This document shows, one piece after another, positions 37,884-47,361 of a DNA stretch of 64,000 nucleotides (its first letter is position 1; the number at the start of each line of letters is the position of its first letter). The notes below the pieces were generated by a model. The model saw only the letters and a list, made by a program, of their open reading frames with translations, searched no databases and had not been told where the DNA came from. The DNA is taken from positions 317,681 to 381,680 of the forward strand of contig CAWBPM010000003.1 of the NCBI GenBank assembly GCA_963790825.1, written 5' to 3'. Position numbers and translations under genes: made by a program. The DNA is from Candidatus Levyibacteriota bacterium. GTDB lineage: Bacteria > Patescibacteriota > Microgenomatia > Levybacterales > UBA12049.

Positions 37884-38432
37884 TTTTGAGAAGAAGTTTT
37901 TGAGCGATTCAAGTTCTGTTTGAAAGAATGTTTTTAGATCATATTGTTTTGTCTCTGCCAGCTGTTTCTTTGCATTTGCTTTCGCTTTCGCCTGAGCAAT
38001 TTGTTGTTTAATCTTTGCCTCTTGAGAGCTAATTTGCTCTTTTGCTGCACCAGGCGTAAGAGTTGAGGCAGGACTTCCTGTAATTATTTGTGTACTTGAT
38101 GAATTATCGTTTGTATTGTCGACGTGAACTGTAGTATTGCCGTCATCCGATTTAATAGTCACATCCCCCGGAGTGTCGGATTCATAAACTTTTCCATTTT
38201 CATTAATATATGTATGTGTCGTTGAGTTATTAGTCGAAGTATTACTGGAACTTGAATTTACACTACTATTTACATTGACACTTGAATCTCCAGTTGTCGA
38301 AACGTTAACTGTTGAGGTAACTGCGAAAGCTTTTGAGGGAAGGAGAAACAGAAGTGACACAATGAGCATATAGCCTGATCGTCTCATATAATTGTTACTA
38401 TAACACATTATACGCAGTAGCCGCAAGGACAT
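37875..38432 (-). CDS. secreted Ser/Thr/Asn-rich low-complexity protein
   Basis: Signal/TM, then NSS/STN-rich tract. C-terminal coiled segment. Confidence 0.4.
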   Translation of the reverse strand: MSLRLLRIMCYSNNYMRRSGYMLIVSLLFLLPSKAFAVTSTVNVSTTGDSSVNVNSSVNSSSSNTSTNNSTTHTYINENGKVYESDTPGDVTIKSDDGNTTVHVDNTNDNSSSTQIITGSPASTLTPGAAKEQISSQEAKIKQQIAQAKAKANAKKQLAETKQYDLKTFFQTELESLKNFFSKLF

Positions 38433-38497
38433 TGTTGTAAATTATTAATGACCTTGCAAGAACCCGTACAGTTGCTGTAGTATAATACTCTTACCTA

Positions 38498-39337
38498 TTG
38501 ATTATGACAAGTGATAAATATAAATACTCAGCTACCTGGGTCTCATATTCGTCCATAAATGATTTTCTCAAATGTCCCAGGTTGTATTATTTACATAATA
38601 TATATCGGGATCCGAAAACCGGGCGGAAAATAAATCTGATTAATCCCTCACTTGCGCTTGGACAAATTATTCATGAGGTACTTGAGGATCTCTCGTTTTT
38701 AAAAACCGAAGACCGGATGAAAGAACCGCTTATTACCGTTTACGAAGCTGCTTGGGAAAAAATACAGGGTAAAAAAGGCGGGTTCACGGATAAATCCGAG
38801 GAGGAAACAATAAAAGAACACGGTAGGCAAATGTTGCAACGCATCCAAAATAATCCCGGACCGCTGCTTAGAAAAGCAATAAAAATCCGCAAAGATTTGC
38901 CAAATTACTACCTGTCTATAGAAGATGATATTATTCTCTGTGGAAAAATTGACTGGCTGGAGTATTTACCGGAGTCTGACAGTGTCCATGTGATTGATTT
39001 CAAAACCGGTAAACATGAAGAAAAAGCAGATTCGCTGCAATTGCCTATTTATCATCTCTTAGTTCATAATTGCCAAAAAAGAAATGTAACGAAAGCCAGT
39101 TATTGGTACCTGGATAAAGCCGATTCACCCAGCGAAGTTTCTCTGCCGGATCTGGAAGTTGCTAAAACTTCGGTATTAGATCTGGCACGCCGCGTAAAAC
39201 TCGCCAGAACGAATAAGGAGTTTCATTGCCCCACTTCCAAATGTCGGGAATGTGAGCCATATGAGGCAATCCTAAGAGGAGACGGGGAATTTGTCGGTGT
39301 AGGAGAATATAATCAGGATATCTACGTTAAAAACTAA
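38498..39337 (+). CDS. PD-(D/E)xK nuclease, Cas4-like, with 1+3 cysteine cluster (orphan; no cas genes nearby)
   Basis: N-terminal CPRLYY. IHEVLE. IDWLEY...VHVIDFKTGK. LQLPIYHLLV (QxxxY). C-terminal CPTSKCRECEPY. Confidence 0.6.
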   Translation: MIMTSDKYKYSATWVSYSSINDFLKCPRLYYLHNIYRDPKTGRKINLINPSLALGQIIHEVLEDLSFLKTEDRMKEPLITVYEAAWEKIQGKKGGFTDKSEEETIKEHGRQMLQRIQNNPGPLLRKAIKIRKDLPNYYLSIEDDIILCGKIDWLEYLPESDSVHVIDFKTGKHEEKADSLQLPIYHLLVHNCQKRNVTKASYWYLDKADSPSEVSLPDLEVAKTSVLDLARRVKLARTNKEFHCPTSKCRECEPYEAILRGDGEFVGVGEYNQDIYVKN

Positions 39338-39382
39338 ATTTGTAATTTTTAAATTTATTGTATAATACATTGTTTCCTATTT

Positions 39383-39979
39383 ATGAAAAAGAAAACTACT
39401 GCTTTTTGCTCGATTGAACCGACTTATCCCCAAAGTGGCTACATCACACTGCTTTTTATCACGAGCGATAATGAAATTACCAATATTTATCCCATGATGC
39501 CGATTTTTGAACAAGTTGATCAAATTACTCCTTCAATTATGGAAGTGGTTAAAAATATCGATAAAAACTATGACTATCGAATCCACGAAAATGCTGTTCT
39601 TATTCCAATTACTTATCATGCTCGCTTTCCCTTAAAGCGGGCATATTGGAAAAATCCTATCCAACATTTTGACGAGATAGACCGGCTGAAAATTTTTATG
39701 CCGGTAGTTCGTAATCCTGCATTTTATAAACTTCTCGTTACCCCGACATTTCTCGACGAAAAAAACCTCTGGCACTTGCACGCAACTCTGCCAATACTTA
39801 TTTCAAGTAAAGATGAGATCATTGAGCGTTTTATGTGCACGTCCGATCATCCGGTTGATGAGAGAGCTAAATCCGCAGCGCTTTATCTGCTTGGAACACC
39901 GGTGAAGTTTAATTGGAATACCAGGAAAATTACCGGTATTCATGTTGAACTGCAAAGAACCGAGGAAGAACGAAATTAA
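39383..39979 (+). CDS. hypothetical protein
   Basis: ORF only. Confidence 0.35.
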   Translation: MKKKTTAFCSIEPTYPQSGYITLLFITSDNEITNIYPMMPIFEQVDQITPSIMEVVKNIDKNYDYRIHENAVLIPITYHARFPLKRAYWKNPIQHFDEIDRLKIFMPVVRNPAFYKLLVTPTFLDEKNLWHLHATLPILISSKDEIIERFMCTSDHPVDERAKSAALYLLGTPVKFNWNTRKITGIHVELQRTEEERN

Positions 39980-39997
39980 CAAACAATACCAGGCGAT

Positions 39998-40669
39998 ATG
40001 CTGACTCTTTTATTATTTTTGGCTGTTTTATTGTTACTTTTTCTTTTGTCCCGTACGCTTACCAGGGAACTTTCACAGCTTTTTTTTCGTTTAATAAAAA
40101 GCGTAGGACTTACCAGCTATCTGATGGCGTTTCTTTTTTTACCCGGAACAATTATCCATGAGTTGGCGCATTTTTTTATGGCAAAGATTCTTTTTGTTTA
40201 TGCGGGGAAAATAGAGCTTTGGCCGAAAATGGAAGGAGACAGCCTAAAACTCGGCAGTGTACAAATCGGAAAAACAGATCCCTTTCGTAATATGCTTATC
40301 GGTGTTGCGCCTTTTTTACTGGGTACACTGCTTATTCTTTTAATACTTTTTTTCTCCGGTTCGTATCGCCTTTTTCAAAGCAATTTATATCTTTTTTTGC
40401 TTTTTTATCTGATTTTTGAGATTGGCAATACGATGTTTTCAAGCAGAAAAGATCTTGAAGGAACAGTAAAATTATTTTTCATTGTCATTATTTTTGCTGC
40501 TCTTTTCTTTCTTTTCGGTTTTCGCATTCCGCAGTTAAGTCTTGAGACCCGGTTTCCGGCAAATTTAGAGCAGGCACTTAATATCGGCAGTTGGTTTCTT
40601 CTTCTTCCTATCGGCATAGATCTGGTTATCATTATTTTCCTGAAGCTTTTCAACCGTTTATTAGTGTAA
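39998..40669 (+). CDS. hypothetical polytopic membrane protein with HExxH motif in the first TM region (putative intramembrane metalloprotease-like)
   Basis: IIHELAHFFMAK. About 6 TM helices. Confidence 0.35.
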   Translation: MLTLLLFLAVLLLLFLLSRTLTRELSQLFFRLIKSVGLTSYLMAFLFLPGTIIHELAHFFMAKILFVYAGKIELWPKMEGDSLKLGSVQIGKTDPFRNMLIGVAPFLLGTLLILLILFFSGSYRLFQSNLYLFLLFYLIFEIGNTMFSSRKDLEGTVKLFFIVIIFAALFFLFGFRIPQLSLETRFPANLEQALNIGSWFLLLPIGIDLVIIIFLKLFNRLLV

Positions 40670-40735
40670 ATATGTTGCTTCGAGTAACGGCGGGTATTTA
40701 CGATTTACCTTTCAGTAGTTTTTCAAATATCTTTA

Positions 40736-42463
40736 TTAGGGTGATTGAAACTGAAGAGGTTCATTATTCAGAATTTGCCTATAAATGTAATCAGTCGTTT
40801 CATCAGGAAGAAGTGTCTTGCCTTTTCCCGCTGCCACAAGCGCCTCTTTCTTATTATGTAGTCTATATTCGTTAATTGCCAGAACTCCCCACAGTCTCCC
40901 ATTAGTAGGATAGCTTTGCAGGGCTTCTTTAACGAGCTTTATCGCCTCCTTTGGATTATTGTGGAATGTGAGTAAATCTGCCAAATTTTCATATGACATA
41001 AGTAAAGCATTTGTGAACCTGGTACCTTTGGAGTGTTGTATCGCTTTATAATAATAATCTTCAGCTTTTTGTGGATCATTCAGACCGTCATATACTCTCG
41101 CGAGATCAAAAAGATTATCAGCGTAGGGATACATTTCTACTGACTTTTTGTAATGATTCAGTGCTTCATTGTATTGCTGCTGGGAGAAATAAGTATTAGC
41201 AAGAAATGTTTCCGTCTCGAAATTATCCTCTATTTTACTGTCATGAGTAAAAAGTGTAGTATCGTCATACCAATTGGCACTTCGTACCATTGTTCTTGCA
41301 GAGAAAACAACAAGGATTGCGACAATACTAATTGTAGCTATTTTGCTAAATTTCTTGTTTTGAGAAGTTATCTCATGTGTTCCAACACCGATTATTCCTA
41401 GTAAACCGACTATAGGAAAATAAAACCAGTGATCTGCAACTGTCATATTTAATGGGATAATCTGCAAATGGAAAAAAAGCCCTGCCAGAAACCATATAAG
41501 AAAGAAGAGAAATATCGGAAAGTCTTTTTTGTTTGTTTTCAATATGTATCTTCCGAGTAATGCTAGAAGAGAAAAGAATAATAAATCTAGAAAAAGCGGC
41601 AAGTAAAAGTTTTGAAAATCCATCGCTGTAACAACCCACTGTTGATTAACTGCCAGTTGTACAGGTAAAAAAAATGTTTTTATATAATAGAAAATAATTG
41701 CCGGAATATTGATTATACGCGCTATAAGCGTTAGCTTATCAATAGGAACCAAGACTGATTTCCCGATACCTATTCCCGTCCAAAACCTCATAAGGTAAAA
41801 AAGAAAGACTGGTATTGATAACGCAATGAAGGGCAAAATAAATTTCCTTTTGAACAAAAAACGATAGAGTAAAATAATAGTGAGAAATAAAATACCCGTT
41901 TCTTTTGAAAGTATTGATAGAAAAAGTAAACCACTTACTGCAATAAACCTGATAAGAGTTATTTTCTCTTTTAAGCTTAAAAGAAGTGCCATGCTGCCAA
42001 AAAGGAAAAAGAGAAGATTATCAAAAGCTCCAATGTAGGAGACGGACTCAACCTGTATTGGTAATACGAGAAACAACAGAGAAAGACATAAAGAAACTTT
42101 TTTAGTAAAAAATCGAGTGAAGATAAGAAATAGTAAGATAGAATTGACGCTATGTAGAGTTATTTGGATAAAATGATAAAAAAATGGTGCTGTACTAAAT
42201 AGCGCATATAAGATGGCACTGTAAAGAGCAGTAACAGGCCGATATTGTCCCAACTGGTTAAATGTATTTTGTAAGCTAAATATAGCAAAAGTATGCCCCC
42301 AAGGATTATTGATAATTAACGTATTGTCTTCCCAAACAAACCCGTTAAAAAGTATATTGAAGTAAACAATAAATCCAACGATGATAATAATACGAATCGC
42401 TTTAAAGGTAGTTAGAGGAATAAAGAATTGCTTAAAAGTTAATTCCTGTTTTTGCTCTTGCAT
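40736..42463 (-). CDS. TPR-repeat membrane protein, GT39/PMT/ArnT-like N-terminal polytopic domain (paralog 1 of 3)
   Basis: N-terminus MQEQKQELTFKQFFIPLTTFKAIRIIIIVGFIVYFNILFNGFVWED is nearly identical to the 43494..45236 and 55922..57667 products. About 11 TM helices. C-terminal TPR-like repeats. Confidence 0.6.
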   Translation of the reverse strand: MQEQKQELTFKQFFIPLTTFKAIRIIIIVGFIVYFNILFNGFVWEDNTLIINNPWGHTFAIFSLQNTFNQLGQYRPVTALYSAILYALFSTAPFFYHFIQITLHSVNSILLFLIFTRFFTKKVSLCLSLLFLVLPIQVESVSYIGAFDNLLFFLFGSMALLLSLKEKITLIRFIAVSGLLFLSILSKETGILFLTIILLYRFLFKRKFILPFIALSIPVFLFYLMRFWTGIGIGKSVLVPIDKLTLIARIINIPAIIFYYIKTFFLPVQLAVNQQWVVTAMDFQNFYLPLFLDLLFFSLLALLGRYILKTNKKDFPIFLFFLIWFLAGLFFHLQIIPLNMTVADHWFYFPIVGLLGIIGVGTHEITSQNKKFSKIATISIVAILVVFSARTMVRSANWYDDTTLFTHDSKIEDNFETETFLANTYFSQQQYNEALNHYKKSVEMYPYADNLFDLARVYDGLNDPQKAEDYYYKAIQHSKGTRFTNALLMSYENLADLLTFHNNPKEAIKLVKEALQSYPTNGRLWGVLAINEYRLHNKKEALVAAGKGKTLLPDETTDYIYRQILNNEPLQFQSP

Positions 42464-42566
42464 AATACAATCTTATAATAGCAAAAATCTCGGGTCAGGG
42501 TTTAATACCTGTCGGTGGTTTTTTGTAATAATACTTTGTTTAAATACCATGAGTAGATTTTTGTTC
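42464..42566 (-). pseudogene. Remnant of a map 3-prime end: translation ...VFKQSIITKNHRQVLNP versus the Map C-terminus ...VFERSIAITKNGTRILTP
   Basis: DNA 42473-42535 aligns with 57675-57737 (upstream of paralog 3 and overlapping the real map 3-prime end). Confidence 0.55.
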
Positions 42567-42572
42567 ATGGTT

Positions 42573-43487
42573 TTATTTTCCGCTTGTAAAGCGGGCGAAA
42601 ATGCCGGTTGAAAGTAACCGTTTTCCGCTTTTTTCCTGAAGCGCAATTTCTCCGACTTCTATTTCTCCGGGGATATCACCAACTGCATCTTGCAAAACAT
42701 TCTCTAGCATTAAGCTACTCATAGACATAGCATAGGCATTGATGATAATAAAAAGCGGGTGGCTTGACAGAATCTTCCGCGTATCATGCAACAGTTTAGG
42801 GAAACTGACCGGAAAATTCCACACTTCACCATCCGGTCCGTGTCCATAAATTGGCGGATCCATAATAAGACCATCATATATATTCCCCCGTCTTACTTCG
42901 CGCTCGACAAATTTTACCACATCGTCCAGGATCCAACGGATTGGCTTATTTGTAAGATTTGACGCTTCCTGGTTTTCTCTGGCCCAATTGATTGCAGGGC
43001 GCGAGGCATCGACGTGTGTTACCTCAGCTCCCATAGACGCGCAAACCAAACTCGCAATTCCCGTATAACCAAACAGATTCAATATTTTTATTTTTTTATC
43101 TTGCGGCTGTGCGTTTTTAATTCTCTCCCGTATAAAATCCCACTGTATAACTTGCTCCGGGAATATTCCCGTATGTTTAAACGCTGTAAGCCGGGCAAAA
43201 AATGTTATTTCCTGATATTTCATTAGCCATTTTTCAGGCAGCGGGTTTTTTTGCAGCCATTTTCCTTTTGCTCCTTTTTCGTCTGTCTTTACATAAACAG
43301 CATCTGCGCTGTCCCATTCTTTTTGCGGTAAAGTCGGCAGCCAGATACACTGCGGATCAGGCCGACTTAAAAGAAATTTACCAAACTTCTCAAGCCGTCT
43401 TCCGTTTCCGCTATCGAGAAGAGAATAGCCATCTAAACCAGGGGTTGTAAGAATAGTCATATTATTATTTCTATAATAACAGATCAA
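42573..43487 (-). CDS. class I SAM-dependent methyltransferase (RlmI/YwbD-like, COG1092)
   Basis: SAM motif I LNLFGYTGIASL. DASRPAINWAREN. Motif IV-like MDPPIYGHG. Confidence 0.6.
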   Translation of the reverse strand: MICYYRNNNMTILTTPGLDGYSLLDSGNGRRLEKFGKFLLSRPDPQCIWLPTLPQKEWDSADAVYVKTDEKGAKGKWLQKNPLPEKWLMKYQEITFFARLTAFKHTGIFPEQVIQWDFIRERIKNAQPQDKKIKILNLFGYTGIASLVCASMGAEVTHVDASRPAINWARENQEASNLTNKPIRWILDDVVKFVEREVRRGNIYDGLIMDPPIYGHGPDGEVWNFPVSFPKLLHDTRKILSSHPLFIIINAYAMSMSSLMLENVLQDAVGDIPGEIEVGEIALQEKSGKRLLSTGIFARFTSGK

Positions 43488-43493
43488 TAGAAC

Positions 43494-45236
43494 CTATTGT
43501 TGTATTTTAATTTCTTGATTATTTGTAATCTGCTTTAGGACATATAGCGCCTCTGAGTTAGGAGATAGTTGATATGCTTTGGTCGCAATTTCAAGAGCAT
43601 TTTGTCTATTATGTAAATAATATTCACAATAAGCCAAGTATAACTGCGGTCTTTGAGATTGGGGATAACGCCCAACCCCTTCTTCATAAACTATTCTTGC
43701 TTCGTCTAATCGTCCTTCATTAACATACAGTTGTCCAAGTTTTTCATATCCCATCTCTAGTCCTCCAACCTCAACGGCCTTTTTAAAATTTTTCTCTGCA
43801 AGTTTTAAATTCCCTTTAGAGTAATAGGTTGCTCCAATATTAATCCAATTTCTCTCTTCTGAAGGATTAAGACTGGCAGCCTTGTTAAAATATTTTAAAG
43901 CCTCGTCATATTTTCCCATGCTCAGGTATTCATTGCCAAGTAAGCCATTAAGATAGACGTTATCTTTCTCAAGTACAATATCATGCGTATACAAAGAATA
44001 ACCGGTTCTCCAATTTTCGTTACGTACGATCGTTCTTACTGAAAGAATCAATAAAATTATTAAACTTAGCATTATAAGAATTTTTTGTTTAATTTTAATT
44101 CTTTCGATACATATCCCAATTAATCCAAGAAGTCCAATGACGGGGAAGTAAAACCATCGATCAGCCACTGTAAAGTCCAGGGGTATAATTTGCATAAGAA
44201 GTAATGACCCAATAAGAAACCAGAAAGAGAAAAAGAGAAATGTGGAAAATGTTTTTTTTGACATTCGATATGAATAAAGACCGAGAAATGCTATACAAGC
44301 AAAAAATCCTACATCTACTAATAAAGGGATATAAAACTCGACTGGGGTTATTGATGTAACAAGCCAATCTTGATGAGTAATTAGTGTCTTTGGGGAAAAA
44401 AATATTCCTAAATAATAAAAAATAACTTTTGGAATATTTATGAATCTAATATCTGCTGCTGCCCGAGAAATTGACGAAGGTTCTATAGCAAATGACACAT
44501 ATTGAGCAGCTTGCTTAAAAAAGAGATAGATTCCTACAGCTATACTTACTGCAATAAGATAGTTAAGAAACTGTTTTCTATCAAACAAAAGCAATCTAAA
44601 GAATAGAAGCAGAATAAATAAAACACCAGTAACTTTTGACATTAAAGATAAAAAGATAAGTAAGGATATGAGAATAATTTTTTTCCAAGAAGTATGTTTT
44701 CCCTCAGATCTTTGATAGTAAAATAATGCTAATAATCCAAAAAAAAGGAAAAGCACATCCTGTAAACTAGAGATATATGCTACAGTTTCCTGGTTTATCG
44801 GGTGAACTAAAAATATGAGAGATAAAAATAGAGAAATCCTTTTAGAAAAGAATGATAAAAATAATGAAAATAGTAATAATGTATTAACTATATGCAATAA
44901 AAGCTGGAAAGAATGGAAAAAAAACGCAATGTTACCAAAGAAGGTATATAAAAATGAAAAAAAGATAAGCATAAGCGGTCTATAATACCACCCAGTTAAT
45001 ATTCCTCCACCGCTGCTTACGCTTGAATTTGTTTGGAATAGAAGTATAGGAATATTACTGATCGAATGTATCGTTGAATTTGTAAGTATTTGTGTACCAT
45101 CATCAGCCACAAACCCATTAAAAAGCATGTTGAAGTAAACTAGAAATCCAACGATTACGATAATATGAATCACTCTGAGAGTAGTTAGGGGGATAAAGAG
45201 ACGCTTGAAGGAAAATTTGTGTCTTTGCTCTTGCAT
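43494..45236 (-). CDS. TPR-repeat membrane protein, GT39/PMT-like (paralog 2 of 3)
   Basis: MQEQRHKFSFKRLFIPLTTLRVIHIIVIVGFLVYFNMLFNGFVADD. Polytopic. C-terminal TPRs. Confidence 0.6.
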   Translation of the reverse strand: MQEQRHKFSFKRLFIPLTTLRVIHIIVIVGFLVYFNMLFNGFVADDGTQILTNSTIHSISNIPILLFQTNSSVSSGGGILTGWYYRPLMLIFFSFLYTFFGNIAFFFHSFQLLLHIVNTLLLFSLFLSFFSKRISLFLSLIFLVHPINQETVAYISSLQDVLFLFFGLLALFYYQRSEGKHTSWKKIILISLLIFLSLMSKVTGVLFILLLFFRLLLFDRKQFLNYLIAVSIAVGIYLFFKQAAQYVSFAIEPSSISRAAADIRFINIPKVIFYYLGIFFSPKTLITHQDWLVTSITPVEFYIPLLVDVGFFACIAFLGLYSYRMSKKTFSTFLFFSFWFLIGSLLLMQIIPLDFTVADRWFYFPVIGLLGLIGICIERIKIKQKILIMLSLIILLILSVRTIVRNENWRTGYSLYTHDIVLEKDNVYLNGLLGNEYLSMGKYDEALKYFNKAASLNPSEERNWINIGATYYSKGNLKLAEKNFKKAVEVGGLEMGYEKLGQLYVNEGRLDEARIVYEEGVGRYPQSQRPQLYLAYCEYYLHNRQNALEIATKAYQLSPNSEALYVLKQITNNQEIKIQQ

Positions 45237-45429
45237 ATTCTAATGGTATCATATCATTCCTTTATTATGGGCCGCGTAGTTAATAAGCAAAGGAATAAAT
45301 AAGTTAAGTCCCCATCCGATCAGTTCGAAAAATTCCGACTTTTAAAAAATAAAGCCTGAGTTAAGAAAGGCACTAACTACTTAACCAGTTGAAAAAAAGG
45401 GGAGATATGGTATACAATTAATTCTTATT

Positions 45430-45900
45430 ATGCGGAAAAAAATTATTATTGGTATAATCATTTTAGTAGTTGTAATCTTGGTGGTGTATGTAGCTTTATT
45501 TGCTCCATCCATCAATATTTCAGATAACACTGGCTCTATTACTCCAACTATTATGCAAGGAAACAGTACCGCAAATGATAAAGTAAAGATTGAAGACTTA
45601 AAAGTCGGCAGCGGACAAATGGTAAAATCCGGCGATACGATAGTAGTTAATTATAAAGGTACATTGACTAACGGTAAGCAATTTGACAGTTCTTATGATC
45701 GTCATCAGCCGTTTACCACTCAAATTGGCGTTGGACGAGTAATAAAAGGCTGGGACGAGGGAATTTTGGGCATGAAAGTAGGAGGTATTCGCCGCCTTAC
45801 TATTCCGCCAAGTCTGGGATACGGTTCGCAAGGCGCCGGGGCGGATATTCCTCCGAACGCGACACTTATTTTTGAAGTTGAACTCGTAAGTATTAAATAA
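45430..45900 (+). CDS. FKBP-type peptidyl-prolyl cis-trans isomerase, membrane-anchored
   Basis: ...GDTIVVNYKGTLTNGKQFDSSYDRHQPFTTQIGVGRVIKGWDEGILGMKVGGIRRLTIPPSLGYG... Confidence 0.8.
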   Translation: MRKKIIIGIIILVVVILVVYVALFAPSINISDNTGSITPTIMQGNSTANDKVKIEDLKVGSGQMVKSGDTIVVNYKGTLTNGKQFDSSYDRHQPFTTQIGVGRVIKGWDEGILGMKVGGIRRLTIPPSLGYGSQGAGADIPPNATLIFEVELVSIK

Positions 45901-45948
45901 TCAGCTTCCTCTGTTGTGTTTTCCCTAATCTTATAGTATAATTAGTTT

Positions 45949-46263
45949 ATGATAAAATCTGAATTACTTAATCAACCAGAAAAGAATGTAGGGAATCCTA
46001 TTATTCACTTACATCCTGAACTTAAGAGAACTGGCAGACTAGAACCTCTAAATATTAACCTTTATGATCCACTAACCTATAGCAGCGCTACAGGAGGAAT
46101 AATTTATTTACTGGCTTCCAATAATCTTAGCCGCGCAGGTGGAATACCCGAAGCTCTGCTTGCAACTGCCGCTTTAGTTCATGCAGTAATTCGTCCAATG
46201 ATAAGAGAAACTATGATTTTTTCCCAGAAAGATCAGTTTCAAAGTAATCTTAAAGATAAATAA
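45949..46263 (+). CDS. hypothetical protein
   Basis: ORF only. Confidence 0.3.
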   Translation: MIKSELLNQPEKNVGNPIIHLHPELKRTGRLEPLNINLYDPLTYSSATGGIIYLLASNNLSRAGGIPEALLATAALVHAVIRPMIRETMIFSQKDQFQSNLKDK

Positions 46264-46330
46264 TTATCTCATTTCAACCGAGTCGATTTTCGGAAAATAC
46301 AAACGTATTTCTTCCCGGAATCTATCTACG

Positions 46331-47359
46331 TTGAGTAAACTTAAGTCTTTGACATTTTTCCCTGCCTCATGTAGCATGCAAGCTGATATGAAAAATACGA
46401 ATTTTTGGCTTAAGTTAGTAAAGCCGATTTTGGCCCTGGCGCCTATGGAAGATGTGACAGATACGGTCTACCGGCAAATTATTGCACAAGCCGGAAAACC
46501 CGATGTGTTTTTTACAGAATTCACGAGTGTTGAAGGAATTTGTTCAAAAGGACGAGACCATATAATTAAACGCTTGCAATTTAGCGAAAAAGAACGGCCG
46601 ATTGTCGCACAAATCTGGGGGCTAAAACCTGAAAATTTTTATCAATCTGCAAAGTTGATACATGAATTAGGCTTTGACGGTATTGATTTAAATATGGGTT
46701 GCCCTGAAAAATCAGTGATTAAACGGGGATCATGTGGTGCGCTTATCAAAAATCCTGCACTTGCAAAAGAAATTATCCAGGCAACGAAAGAAGGAGCTGG
46801 TGGACTTCCTGTTAGTGTTAAAACAAGAATCGGTTTTGAGGAAATCCAAACCGAAGAATGGGTTGAATTTTTGTTGTCGCAAAATATCCAAGCGTTAACT
46901 TTGCATTTAAGAACTGTTAAAGAAGAATCAGAAGTTCCTACTCATTGGGAAGAAATTACAAAAGCAGTACGAATTCGAAATGATAAAAAATTATCAACTT
47001 TGATTTTAGGGAATGGCGATATAAAAAGCCGTGAGGAAGCGTTGGAAAAAGTAAATTTGTATGGTATTGACGGCGTGATGATCGGCAGAGGTATTTTTCA
47101 TAATCTTTGGCTGTTTAATAAAGAGATAAATATTTCAGATATTACTCCTCAAATGAAACTCACTATGCTTTTGGAACATGCCAAGCTTTTTCAAAAAACC
47201 TGGGGAAAGACGAAAAATTTCTCCGTTCTTAAACGTTTTTTTAAAGCGTATGTATCCGGTTTTACCCACGCGGCAGAACTGAGAGTAAAACTCATGGAGA
47301 CAAAAAATATTGAAGAAGTAATATCCTTCCTCGAAACAGTTCTAAAAAACCAAGTTTAG
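46331..47359 (+). CDS. dus: tRNA-dihydrouridine synthase (Dus family). The true start is probably an internal Met at 46376 or 46388.
   Basis: LAPMEDVTDTVYR. DLNMGCPEKSVIKRGSCGALIKNP (catalytic Cys loop). TIM-barrel FMN-binding pattern. Confidence 0.8.
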   Translation: MSKLKSLTFFPASCSMQADMKNTNFWLKLVKPILALAPMEDVTDTVYRQIIAQAGKPDVFFTEFTSVEGICSKGRDHIIKRLQFSEKERPIVAQIWGLKPENFYQSAKLIHELGFDGIDLNMGCPEKSVIKRGSCGALIKNPALAKEIIQATKEGAGGLPVSVKTRIGFEEIQTEEWVEFLLSQNIQALTLHLRTVKEESEVPTHWEEITKAVRIRNDKKLSTLILGNGDIKSREEALEKVNLYGIDGVMIGRGIFHNLWLFNKEINISDITPQMKLTMLLEHAKLFQKTWGKTKNFSVLKRFFKAYVSGFTHAAELRVKLMETKNIEEVISFLETVLKNQV

Positions 47360-47361
47360 TC

